Below, one piece after another: positions 8,634 through 17,134 of a stretch of DNA of 64,000 nt (within the stretch, counting starts at the first letter, position 1; each line of letters opens with the position of its first letter). The stretch comes from Candidatus Aldehydirespirator sp. Its GTDB lineage: Bacteria > Actinomycetota > Acidimicrobiia > Acidimicrobiales > Aldehydirespiratoraceae. The notes beneath the pieces are model-generated. The model searched no databases, had not been told where the DNA came from, and was given only the letters and a program-made list of their open reading frames with translations. Location: contig OZ244866.1 of the NCBI GenBank assembly GCA_965221185.1, forward strand, positions 534,901 to 598,900, read 5' to 3'. A program made the translations under genes and the position numbers.

Positions 8634-9613
8634 GTCTCAGCCGGGATGACGCAGTAGGTCAGCCCCATATCGGACAGCCAGCGACGGTAGGCGATCGAGG
8701 TCTTGTCCGAGCGCACGGGCGTCTCGATCCGCGATCCCAGCGGCAGGCGCTTCGGCCTCTGGTTCTCGAGTATGGGCTTGTCCTGGCCGAAGATCAGTAG
8801 CTGGAAGCGCTTGAGCAGCCGGTCGTCGTTCTCGTCGTCGAGCATCGACAGCAGCATGTGGGCCCGCGTGGTCTCCTCGTCCATGGGCTGGCAGAAGATG
8901 GTGATGGCATCCATGCGGGACTCGTCGATGGGGCTCGACTTGAACAGGATGGCGCAGTAGGGGTGGGGCACCCGGTACACGTACCCCATGAGCATCCCGC
9001 CGTCGGCGTTGAGCGCCCCCAGCGGCTGGAAGAACTCGCAGCGGGTGGCGACTAGCTCCCGCCCGTCGTCGACCAGGTCGACGTCGTACTCCTTGACCTC
9101 GGTGAGGGGCTCGATACCCAGGTAGCCGGAGTGGACATAGGGGAAGTGGCCCATGTCGAGGAAGTTCTCCACCGCCCTCGGCGCCGATGTGTGCACCCCG
9201 ATGCTGCCGGCCCACACGTTGTGGCGGTCGGGCTCACCGAACTCCGGCAGGTCGAAGAGCTCGGCCTCCGGAGAACCCAGGCTTGTCCATATGTAACCGA
9301 AGCGGTTGATCGACGGCAGGGGCTCGCCCATTTCCGCGGGGGCGAATCGAGAGCCCGCAGGCAACTCCGGGATCGATCTCCAGGCATGGACCTCGCCGCC
9401 TGCGCTGACCCCGTACGAGACGGGCTCTTCGAGCAGTTGTGTCTCGTTGACGGCCCCGGGGGCCAGCTCGACGACGGCGCCGACGGGGTGCCACAGGTTC
9501 AGAGCGACCGGATCGGCGCACTTGGAGCGAGCGCGGATAGGTGGTGAACGCCTCGCGGTGGGGCGTTGTGTTTCCCGCTCTTGTTCGCTGCGCTCACGGG
9601 CCGCTCGGGCCAC
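8630..9613 (-). CDS. Oxygenase-like protein: VanA/PaO-type catalytic domain with a non-heme Fe motif but no Rieske cluster ligands; start uncertain
   Basis: The C-terminal domain has AVENFLDMGHFPYVH (ExxDxxHx4H-type mononuclear Fe site). The N-terminus NLWHPVGAVVEL..EVHAWRS..INRFGYIWTSLG lacks CxH..CxxH. The nearest in-frame canonical start with an SD is the GTG at 9613 (AAGGAG 7 nt upstream). The stop overlaps the ATPase start. Confidence 0.5.
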   Translation of the reverse strand: MARAARERSEQERETQRPTARRSPPIRARSKCADPVALNLWHPVGAVVELAPGAVNETQLLEEPVSYGVSAGGEVHAWRSIPELPAGSRFAPAEMGEPLPSINRFGYIWTSLGSPEAELFDLPEFGEPDRHNVWAGSIGVHTSAPRAVENFLDMGHFPYVHSGYLGIEPLTEVKEYDVDLVDDGRELVATRCEFFQPLGALNADGGMLMGYVYRVPHPYCAILFKSSPIDESRMDAITIFCQPMDEETTRAHMLLSMLDDENDDRLLKRFQLLIFGQDKPILENQRPKRLPLGSRIETPVRSDKTSIAYRRWLSDMGLTYCVIPAET

Positions 9614-9623
9614 GGCCTCGCTC
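9562..9623 (-). repeat. Copy of the dispersed intergenic repeat (reverse-complement orientation on the + strand)
   Basis: The reverse complement of 9562-9611 is identical to 1475-1524. The extension 9612-9623 matches the GAGCGAGGCCGT leader of the 44525 copy. Confidence 0.9.
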
Positions 9624-9675
9624 CTTTCCACGGGGTTCGCGCACGCCTGTCCGCTCGGCCTCCTGGCACCGGCGG

Positions 9676-10638
9676 TCACAGCACGGCCACCGGGTTGACG
9701 GGAGAGCCGCAGCCGCCCACGAAGGGCTCCGGGTTGGCCTGCAGCAGGAACTCGTAGCGGCCCTCCTCCGCGCAGGCGGCCGCCAGGCCCTCCAGGTCCC
9801 AGTTCTGGCCCTGGGTCATGCCCATGTCCACCACGTGCAGGCAGTGCACGCCCAGCGCGTCGTGGAAACTCGGCCCGGGGAACACCTCGAAGATGTAGGT
9901 GTCGTCGGCCACCGCGGCCACGTCGTGGCGCCAGAACCACCGCACCGCGTCGAGGCCGGGGCCGGGACTGGTGCCGTCGGCGTCGGGCCCGGTCACGTAC
10001 GGCATCGCCCCCATCTCCCGGAAGACCTGCATGCGCCCGGTGCGCAGAAGGACGATGTCGCCGGGGCGCATGGCCACCCGCCCGTGCTCGGCCGCCTCGT
10101 CGAGGTCGTCGCCGGTCACCTCGTGGTCGCTAGCGAGCCGCTCGAGTCCCTTGGCCGCGCACACATCGAGAAGGACGCCCCTGCCCGTGAGATGGCGGAC
10201 GTTCTCAATGCCGAGCACCGTGGCGCCGCCCATCGGGTTGATCGAGTCGATGGGCACGCCGTTGTAGAGGGTGTTGTCGTAGCTGACGTGACTCAGACCG
10301 TCCCAGTGGGTGGCGGCCTGCAGGGGCATGGTCACGATGTCGTCGGAGAAGTGGGGCACCAGCCCCTTGCCATCGGCGTCGCCCAGGTCGGGGCTGTGAA
10401 TCTTGACCATGGCATGCAGCGGGTTGATCCTCCCGTGCATCTGACCGATCTGCACCCCGTTCGTGTGCTGCAGGTCGAGGGCGCACGACACCCGCCGTCC
10501 GGTGCGCACCAGCGACGCCGCGTGGGCCACCGCGTCGTCGGTAATCAGATTGAGCGTGCCGAGGCGGTCGTCGTCACCCCACCGCCCCCAGTTGCGGACC
10601 TCGTCACGCACCGCGAAGAAGGCGTCACTAAAGCTCAT
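9676..10638 (-). CDS. Cyclase family protein (kynurenine formamidase-like metal hydrolase fold)
   Basis: ATG at 10638 (MSFSDAFF..) within ORF 9676..10767. Motifs are WGRWGDDDRLGTLN and ATHWDGLSHV (HxDxxxH-type). Confidence 0.7.
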   Translation of the reverse strand: MSFSDAFFAVRDEVRNWGRWGDDDRLGTLNLITDDAVAHAASLVRTGRRVSCALDLQHTNGVQIGQMHGRINPLHAMVKIHSPDLGDADGKGLVPHFSDDIVTMPLQAATHWDGLSHVSYDNTLYNGVPIDSINPMGGATVLGIENVRHLTGRGVLLDVCAAKGLERLASDHEVTGDDLDEAAEHGRVAMRPGDIVLLRTGRMQVFREMGAMPYVTGPDADGTSPGPGLDAVRWFWRHDVAAVADDTYIFEVFPGPSFHDALGVHCLHVVDMGMTQGQNWDLEGLAAACAEEGRYEFLLQANPEPFVGGCGSPVNPVAVL

Positions 10639-10817
10639 ATTTTGTCCCCGATTCCTCGATTCCGCGGGGGCGATCGCGAAGGGCAGTCTCCGGGATCGGT
10701 GTTCTCGGCGCGATAGGCACGGCCGGGATACTAGCTTTGGCCCATGTTCGCCTCGATTTGGGCACACCGGGACCCCCCGGCGTCAAATGCATCGGCAGTC
10801 GAGTGGGGAGCCGGGCC

Positions 10818-11357
10818 ATGACGTGGCTGTACGCGTTCATGCTGGCGGCCGGGGCGCCGGTGCTTCTGTGGTTCGTGTTCACCGGCGGCGACTCCGAAAT
10901 GGACGCGGGCGCGGAGATGGACGGCTTGTCGGAGGTGTTCGCGGTCATCCCGTTGAGCAGTCTGGCCTTCGTGGCGACGTTCTTCGGCGCCACCGGGCTG
11001 GTTTCGGAGTGGCTCGGAACCGGCGCAGTGTTCACGCTGCTGCTGGCCGTCGTAGTCGGTGTGCTCGCCGGCGGACTCAACAGCGCGGCGTTCGCCTACC
11101 TGCGCCGCAGCGAGGCCTCCAGCGAGGTCAGTGACCGCGAGATCGAGGGCAGCATCGCCCGGGTCTCGCTGCCCATGTCGAACGAGCGGCGCGGCCGGAT
11201 CGTGCTCACTGTGGCCGGGGCCCGCACCCAGATGACGGCCGCGCCCATCGACCCCCTCGACGACGGTCAGGCCATCGAGGCCGGCGCCCGGGTCATCGTC
11301 GTGCGCATTGAAGGCGGCGTCGCCCTCGTCACCCGCCTGGACCCCGAACTCGAATAG
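10818..11357 (+). CDS. NfeD-family membrane protein (C-terminal OB-fold), flotillin partner
   Basis: ATG at 10818 (MTWLYAFMLAAG..). It has three or four TM segments followed by a soluble tail GSIARVSLPMSNERRGRIVLTVAGARTQMTA.. typical of NfeD. Confidence 0.65.
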   Translation: MTWLYAFMLAAGAPVLLWFVFTGGDSEMDAGAEMDGLSEVFAVIPLSSLAFVATFFGATGLVSEWLGTGAVFTLLLAVVVGVLAGGLNSAAFAYLRRSEASSEVSDREIEGSIARVSLPMSNERRGRIVLTVAGARTQMTAAPIDPLDDGQAIEAGARVIVVRIEGGVALVTRLDPELE

Positions 11358-11412
11358 GCCGACCTGGCGCGGTGGCGCCACGTTCGATGCTGGTTCCGGG
11401 TGCCGCCCGTCC

Positions 11413-11646
11413 CTAGGCCGCACTGGAGGGAATCCTCTCCTTGTACATCGCACGGGCAGTCGCCAAGAACCAGGTCAGGAGCACTGCCCCCATGACCACG
11501 CCGACGGTCTGCCAGAGGTCATTCGCCTCGATGTGTGCGACCAACACGATGAGAACCGCGGTGGTCGCAGACAGCAGCGCGGTGATGCGCGATATGGCCC
11601 GGTACCCGCCGGCGGACAGCAGCCGCGACATTCCGAAGGCGGCCAT
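11413..11646 (-). CDS. Small hydrophobic membrane protein; possibly the 3-prime part of a frameshifted ~108-aa gene extending to 11743
   Basis: 77-aa ORF with high third-position GC and two or three TM helices. The upstream ORF 11519..11743 (another frame) starts with a membrane-like MGALTKQQRGGVYIVIAAALMGVGRLIV. Confidence 0.45.
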   Translation of the reverse strand: MAAFGMSRLLSAGGYRAISRITALLSATTAVLIVLVAHIEANDLWQTVGVVMGAVLLTWFLATARAMYKERIPSSAA

Positions 11647-11929
11647 GGCGATGCCGGCATACGATCAACCGTCCGACCCCCATCAATGCCGCCGCGATCA
11701 CGATGTAGACGCCGCCCCGTTGCTGTTTGGTCAGTGCCCCCATGATGACCCCTATCTGAGTCGTGCCGAGCCGGGCCTACGGAACCGGTACAGAAGCCGT
11801 GGCCGGTCTGAGACTATTGCAGCTTGCCGGATCTCCTAACAGCCCGGGTTGCGGGTCAGATGGGGCTGGTACGCTCGTTGGGGCAGTGGGCTTCCGAGAC
11901 GCGTAACGGCGCGTAGAAGGGAAGGCGCA

Positions 11930-13225
11930 ATGTCTTCAGCAATAGTGGCCGGTCTCGCTCTGGCGCTGGCCGTGTTCTTTGTCATCCTGATCGTGAGGTC
12001 GCTGATCGTGATCTGCCCGCCCAACCGGGTGGCGGTCATCTCGGGCCGCAAGAGAGTGCTCTCCGACGGGCGCAGGGTGGGCTATCGCATCCTCAAGGGC
12101 GGCCGCACGATGCGGATTCCGCTCCTCGAGAAGGTGGCCTGGATGGACCTCAACACCATTCCACTGGACGTGTCGGTTCAGAACGCCTACTCGCGCGGTG
12201 CCATCCCGCTCAATGTGCAGGGCATCGCCAACGTGAAGGTGTCGAGCGCCGAGGGCCTGCTGGAGAACGCCTGCGAGCGGTTCCTACAGGTCGGAAGTGC
12301 TCAGATCGGACAGATCGCCAAGGAGACCCTCGAGGCCAACCTCCGGGGTGTGCTGGCCACGCTGTCGCCCGAAGAGGTGAACGAGGACCGCCTCAAGTTC
12401 AGCCAGCAGCTCATCGATGAGGCCGACGACGACATCAAGACCCTGGGCCTCGAGCTCGACGTGATGAAGATCCAGAACGTCACCGACGACGTGAACTACC
12501 TCGAGTCGGTGGGCCGGCGCCTCACCGCTGAGGTGATCCGCGACGCCCGCGTGGCCGAGGCCAACCGCGTGGCCGAGTCCAAGCAGGCCGAGGCCGAGGC
12601 CCGTCGGGCCGCAGATATCGCGGCCATCGAGGCCGACAAGGCCATCGTCGAGGAGTCGAACGCGCTGCGGGTCCGCACCGCCGAGTTGGAGGCCATCTCC
12701 CGGGCGCGTGAGGAGGAGGCCCTGGTGGCCGGCGAGACCGCCAAAGCCGTCGCCAGCCAAGAGTTGGAGACCCAGCGGATCGAGTTGGAGAAGCGCCGGA
12801 TCGAGGCCGACGTGGTCGTCCCGGCCCGCGCCGACCTCGAGGCCCGCCAGCTTCAGGCCCAGGCCGAAGCGGCCACGATCGTCGAGGACGGCTTGGCCCA
12901 GGTCGAGGTGTTCAAGCGGCTCACCGACCAGTATCAGGCGGCCGGCACCGACGGCCACGACGTGCTGGTGCTCACCATGCTGCCCGACCTGATCGACAAG
13001 ATCGTTGCCACCGTGGCCAACGTGAGCATCGACCGCGTCGCGGTCGTGGACACCGGGGGTGGCGGAGGCGGCAACGGCGACGGCGACGGCAACGGCGGCT
13101 CCCGGGGCGGCATCCCTGGGCTCATGAGCCAGCTCCCGGCGTCTCTGGTGGCCATGACCGAGCAGATTGAGGCCGCCACCGGAGTCGACATCCTGGCGTC
13201 GCTGCGCCGCCGCGACGCGGAGTAA
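11930..13225 (+). CDS. Flotillin-like SPFH/band-7 domain protein
   Basis: ATG at 11930 follows AGAAGGGAAGG. It has an N-terminal TM, an SPFH core (ISGRKRV..GGRTMRIPLLEKV..), a long Ala/Glu-rich coiled coil and a Gly-rich tail. Confidence 0.8.
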   Translation: MSSAIVAGLALALAVFFVILIVRSLIVICPPNRVAVISGRKRVLSDGRRVGYRILKGGRTMRIPLLEKVAWMDLNTIPLDVSVQNAYSRGAIPLNVQGIANVKVSSAEGLLENACERFLQVGSAQIGQIAKETLEANLRGVLATLSPEEVNEDRLKFSQQLIDEADDDIKTLGLELDVMKIQNVTDDVNYLESVGRRLTAEVIRDARVAEANRVAESKQAEAEARRAADIAAIEADKAIVEESNALRVRTAELEAISRAREEEALVAGETAKAVASQELETQRIELEKRRIEADVVVPARADLEARQLQAQAEAATIVEDGLAQVEVFKRLTDQYQAAGTDGHDVLVLTMLPDLIDKIVATVANVSIDRVAVVDTGGGGGGNGDGDGNGGSRGGIPGLMSQLPASLVAMTEQIEAATGVDILASLRRRDAE

Positions 13226-13281
13226 GTAGCGCGGCGACAGCTGACGGCGCCCTTGTCTTCACTGGCGTTCGGCGACGGCGC

Positions 13282-14193
13282 GTGAGCGGTCACCTCAAGG
13301 GGAAGACCATCGCCGTCACCGGCGGCGGGGGCGGCATCGGCCGAGCTGTCTCTCTGGCCTGCGCCGCGGAAGGCGCCAACGTGGTGGTGGCCGACTACGG
13401 CGTCGCCCTCGACGGTTCTGACCCCTCAAGCGAAGTGGCCGCCGCGGTGGTGGCGGAGATCCGCGCCGCCGGAGGCGAGGCTACGGCGCTAGCCGGCGAC
13501 GTGTCCCGCTACGACGCGGGTACCTCGATCGTGGAGGCGGCCTGCGACCGGTGGGGGAGCATCGACGGCGTGGTGTGCGGTGCGGGCGTGCTGCGGGAGC
13601 GGATGCTGTTCAACATGAGCGAGGACGAGTGGGACCACGTGGTGGCCGTCCACCTCAAGGGGCACTTCAACGTGTACCGCGCCGCGCTGGCCCGGATGCG
13701 AGAGCAGCCGTCGGGCGGCTCGCTGGTGGGCTTCACCTCAGGTGCGTTCGTGGCGTCCACCGCGCAGGCCAACTATTCGGCGGCCAAGGGCGGCATCGTG
13801 AGCCTCACCCGCTCCGCGGCCATGACCGCGTCCTCGATACGGCTGCGGGGCGGGCCTGCGATCAACGCCAACTGCATCGCGCCCGTGGCCCGCACGCGCA
13901 TGAGCGACAATGTTCCCTTCGAGTTCGAGACGGGCGAGCCCGAGGCGGTGGCGCCCATGGCGGTCTACCTGCTCAGCGACGCCGGCCGCGATATCAACGC
14001 TCAGATCTACACGGTGGTGGGGAGGCGGATCTCGGTCTGGAACCAACCGGTGGAGGTGCGCTCGATGTGGTCGACTGGCGACCGTTGGACTTCCGCTGAG
14101 ATTGCAGAGCAACTGCCCCGGACGATCGGACAGGAGCCCAACCCGATGATCGCCGATCTCGAGCGGCGCATGGCCGAAATGGCCGACGGCTGA
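13282..14193 (+). CDS. SDR-family oxidoreductase (MFE-2/hydroxyacyl-CoA dehydrogenase-like)
   Basis: TGGGGGIGRA Rossmann motif and a YSAAK catalytic motif. Confidence 0.75.
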   Translation: MSGHLKGKTIAVTGGGGGIGRAVSLACAAEGANVVVADYGVALDGSDPSSEVAAAVVAEIRAAGGEATALAGDVSRYDAGTSIVEAACDRWGSIDGVVCGAGVLRERMLFNMSEDEWDHVVAVHLKGHFNVYRAALARMREQPSGGSLVGFTSGAFVASTAQANYSAAKGGIVSLTRSAAMTASSIRLRGGPAINANCIAPVARTRMSDNVPFEFETGEPEAVAPMAVYLLSDAGRDINAQIYTVVGRRISVWNQPVEVRSMWSTGDRWTSAEIAEQLPRTIGQEPNPMIADLERRMAEMADG

Positions 14194-14237
14194 GCCGTGG
14201 CTGCGGAGCCTGCCGGCCGAGCGTTCATGGCTGAGCC

Positions 14238-15047
14238 GTGACCGTCAAGCCTGCCGGGCGGCCTTGGCCCGAGGCTCCTTCGGAGCCGCCCGGGCGAGGC
14301 CTGCTGGAGGGCAGGAGGGTGGTGGTAACCGCCGCGGCCGGCGCGGGCATCGGCGCGGCCGTAGCCCGCAGAGCCCTCATCGAGGGCGCCAGGGTCCTCA
14401 TCTCCGACGTTCACGATCGGCGCCTCGCATCAACGGTTGAGCGGTTGGAGGCGGAGGCTGGCTCGCGGCCCGAAGCCGTGAGGTGCGATGTGACCTCCGA
14501 GCGTGACGTGCAGAGCCTGATGGACGCGGCCGGAAGCCTGCTGGGCGGCATCGACGTGATGATGAACAACGCCGGTCTCGGCGGCTCGGCCCGCCTCGTG
14601 GACATGACCGATGAGCAGTGGTCCGCGGTGCTCGGTGTGACCCTCGACGGGACCATGCGCTGCACCCGGGCCGCGCTGCGTCTCATGATTGACCAGGGCA
14701 TCGGCGGCGCCATCGTCAACAACGCCTCGGTAGCGGGATGGCGGGCCCAGACCGAGCAGGCCCACTACGCGGCGGCCAAGGCAGGGGTGATGGCCCTCAC
14801 CCGCTGCGCCGCCTTGGAGGCCGCCGAGCACGGGATCCGAGTGAACTGCGTGGCCCCGAGCCTGGCCTGGCACCCGTTCCTGGCCAAGACGGTCGACGAT
14901 GACCTGCTGGTCGATCTGGCCCGTCGAGAGGCGTTCGGCCGGCCCGCCGAGCCCTGGGAGGTGGCCAACGTGATGGTGTTCCTGGCTAGCGACCTCTCGG
15001 GCTATATGACCGGCGAGGTGGTCTCGGTCAGCAGCCAGCACCCATGA
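14238..15047 (+). CDS. SDR-family oxidoreductase
   Basis: VVVTAAAGAGIGAA, NNAG and YAAAK motifs. Confidence 0.75.
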   Translation: MTVKPAGRPWPEAPSEPPGRGLLEGRRVVVTAAAGAGIGAAVARRALIEGARVLISDVHDRRLASTVERLEAEAGSRPEAVRCDVTSERDVQSLMDAAGSLLGGIDVMMNNAGLGGSARLVDMTDEQWSAVLGVTLDGTMRCTRAALRLMIDQGIGGAIVNNASVAGWRAQTEQAHYAAAKAGVMALTRCAALEAAEHGIRVNCVAPSLAWHPFLAKTVDDDLLVDLARREAFGRPAEPWEVANVMVFLASDLSGYMTGEVVSVSSQHP

Positions 15048-15166
15048 CCGGGGCGTGCCGTCCTGGCGCTTGGCCGCAGCAGTTGCAGCAGTTGGCGTAG
15101 GTTCCCCCTAGACAAAGCGGGTGCCAGCAACCATCTGGGCGAGTCCGAGTTGGCTGAGTATGGAGC

Positions 15167-17026
15167 ATGAACGTGAACATCCGACCGCACGCGAGGGCAA
15201 GGGCCGGGCTGGCCGCAATGCTCGTAGCAGCCGTCGTGGCCAGCGCCTGCGCCGGGGGTGACGCCGCGGACGGGGAACCGGCAGCCGAGACCGCGGCAGA
15301 GACCGCGGCGCCAGCAGTGCCTGAGCCGGGCGGTGAAGGTGCCGCTCCAGGCAGTATCGACGAGGCTTCCGTCGGCGACGATGCCAGCGAGTCAGGCGCA
15401 GACGGGGGCGAACAGCAGGAGGAGGGGCAGCTCACGGCGCCCGTTGACACCGTCCCGCCGGCCGATGAAGAGACCGGAGCCGAGACGCCCGCCGAGATCG
15501 AGCCGCAGTTCGGAGGGACGCTGCGTGTTGCGGTGGAGGCTGAGACCGACGGCTTGAACCCGGCGGCCAACAACTTCGCCGTGTCGGCCTACGTTATGGC
15601 TTCCCCGGTGTTCGACCCGGTCGCGTACTGGGACACCAGCGGCCAGTGGATCCCGTATCTGGCCGAGTCGTTCGAGAAGGTCGGCGATGGGTCGGCGTGG
15701 CGGATGAAGCTGCGGGAGGGCGTGCGCTTCCATGATGGGACCGCCCTCGACGCCGACGACGTAATCGCCACCTTCGAGGCCCAGCTGGCCGACCCCATCA
15801 TCTCGCTGGCCATCATCCACCTGTATGACCGCGACGCGCCCCTCGTCAAGATCGACGACCTCACCGTCGAATACCAGTTGAGATGGCCCTTCGCGGCGTT
15901 CCCCAGGCAGCTCACGGGCCAGCTCGGAATGATATTGCCGTCGGAGTGGCTGGCCCTCGCCTTTGAGGATCCAACGTTCAACCAGATGCCGGTGGGCCAG
16001 GGCCCGTTCATGATCGAGAGCCGCGCCCAGGACACCGAGACGGTGCTGGTGCGCAATCCCGACTACTGGGCTGCCGACCTCGTAGACGTGTACCTGGACC
16101 GCATAGAGGTCTACCCCGTGACCGACTCTGCCATCGCCGCGGCCCGGCTGGCGGCGGACGAGCTCGACATGATGATCACCGACAACCCCGACGCGATCCT
16201 CACCATGCGAGAGGCGGAGGGCGTGAGAACCGTTGAGAATCTGCGGTCCGGCGAGCACTTCGCCATGCTCAACACCTCAAAGCCGCCCTTTGACGACATC
16301 CGGGCCCGCCAGGCCCTCACCTTTGTGACCGACCGCGACGCCTATGTGGCGCTGATCCGCCAGGACACCGCCCCGGCCGCGGACACGATGTTCCATCCCG
16401 ACCTTGTCTGGCACGACCCGGACGTGAAGCAGGAGACCAACATGGGCGAGCGGGCCGGTCCGCTCGTCGCGGCCTACTGCGCCGACTATCCCCAGAACTG
16501 CACCGAGGGCAAGATCAACATGGAACTGCAGCACTCGGGGCCGTCGGTCATACAGACCCGGATTGCCGACCTGCTCGTCGACAGCTGGGCAGACCAATTC
16601 AACGTCACCGTGCAGGAGTTGCTGCAGGACAACCACATTGTGGAGGTGGCGCTGGGGCAGTACGACGTGGTCACCTGGCGACAGTTCGGAGAGGTCGATC
16701 CCGACAACGACGTGGTGTGGCTGGAGTGCGCGTCGGTGAGCTTCATCTCGCTCAACTGGACCCGCTACTGCGATGAGGAGCGCGACGAGCTCATGTACGA
16801 GCAGCGCAGCATTGACGACCTGGAGCGCCGCGTCGAGATCTGGCACCAGGTCCAGGGGATGATGCGGGATGCCTACACCCATATCTTCTTCAACCACGCC
16901 AACTGGACTATCGGCGCCCGCGCCGAGGTCCACAACGTCTGTGGCCAGACCGCTCCCGCGGACGGAGCCGAGCTGTTCTGCAACAACCAGGGCCGCGCCC
17001 AACTCCACCAAGTTTGGCTGGGATGA
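15167..17026 (+). CDS. ABC transporter substrate-binding lipoprotein, family 5 (peptide/nickel type), paralog 1
   Basis: Lipobox VVASAC, an acidic linker, and FGGTLRVAVEAETDGLNPA.. typical of a family 5 SBP. Confidence 0.8.
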   Translation: MNVNIRPHARARAGLAAMLVAAVVASACAGGDAADGEPAAETAAETAAPAVPEPGGEGAAPGSIDEASVGDDASESGADGGEQQEEGQLTAPVDTVPPADEETGAETPAEIEPQFGGTLRVAVEAETDGLNPAANNFAVSAYVMASPVFDPVAYWDTSGQWIPYLAESFEKVGDGSAWRMKLREGVRFHDGTALDADDVIATFEAQLADPIISLAIIHLYDRDAPLVKIDDLTVEYQLRWPFAAFPRQLTGQLGMILPSEWLALAFEDPTFNQMPVGQGPFMIESRAQDTETVLVRNPDYWAADLVDVYLDRIEVYPVTDSAIAAARLAADELDMMITDNPDAILTMREAEGVRTVENLRSGEHFAMLNTSKPPFDDIRARQALTFVTDRDAYVALIRQDTAPAADTMFHPDLVWHDPDVKQETNMGERAGPLVAAYCADYPQNCTEGKINMELQHSGPSVIQTRIADLLVDSWADQFNVTVQELLQDNHIVEVALGQYDVVTWRQFGEVDPDNDVVWLECASVSFISLNWTRYCDEERDELMYEQRSIDDLERRVEIWHQVQGMMRDAYTHIFFNHANWTIGARAEVHNVCGQTAPADGAELFCNNQGRAQLHQVWLG

Positions 17027-17134
17027 AGCCTCCAGGCCGTGCACGCGGCATTTGGAAGCGCGGTGCGCCAGCGTCTGGCAAAGTAGTCGTGTCTGGATGC
17101 CGGTTCACCGGCCTCGCCTAGGAGGGCAATAGGA

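Noticed and set aside
8630-9940. The full 436-aa track ORF as the oxygenase gene
   Set aside because: The upstream 110 codons run through the intergenic repeat and overlap the 3-prime end of the cyclase gene in another frame. They are Arg/Gly/Pro-rich, so the gene most likely starts at or downstream of 9613.
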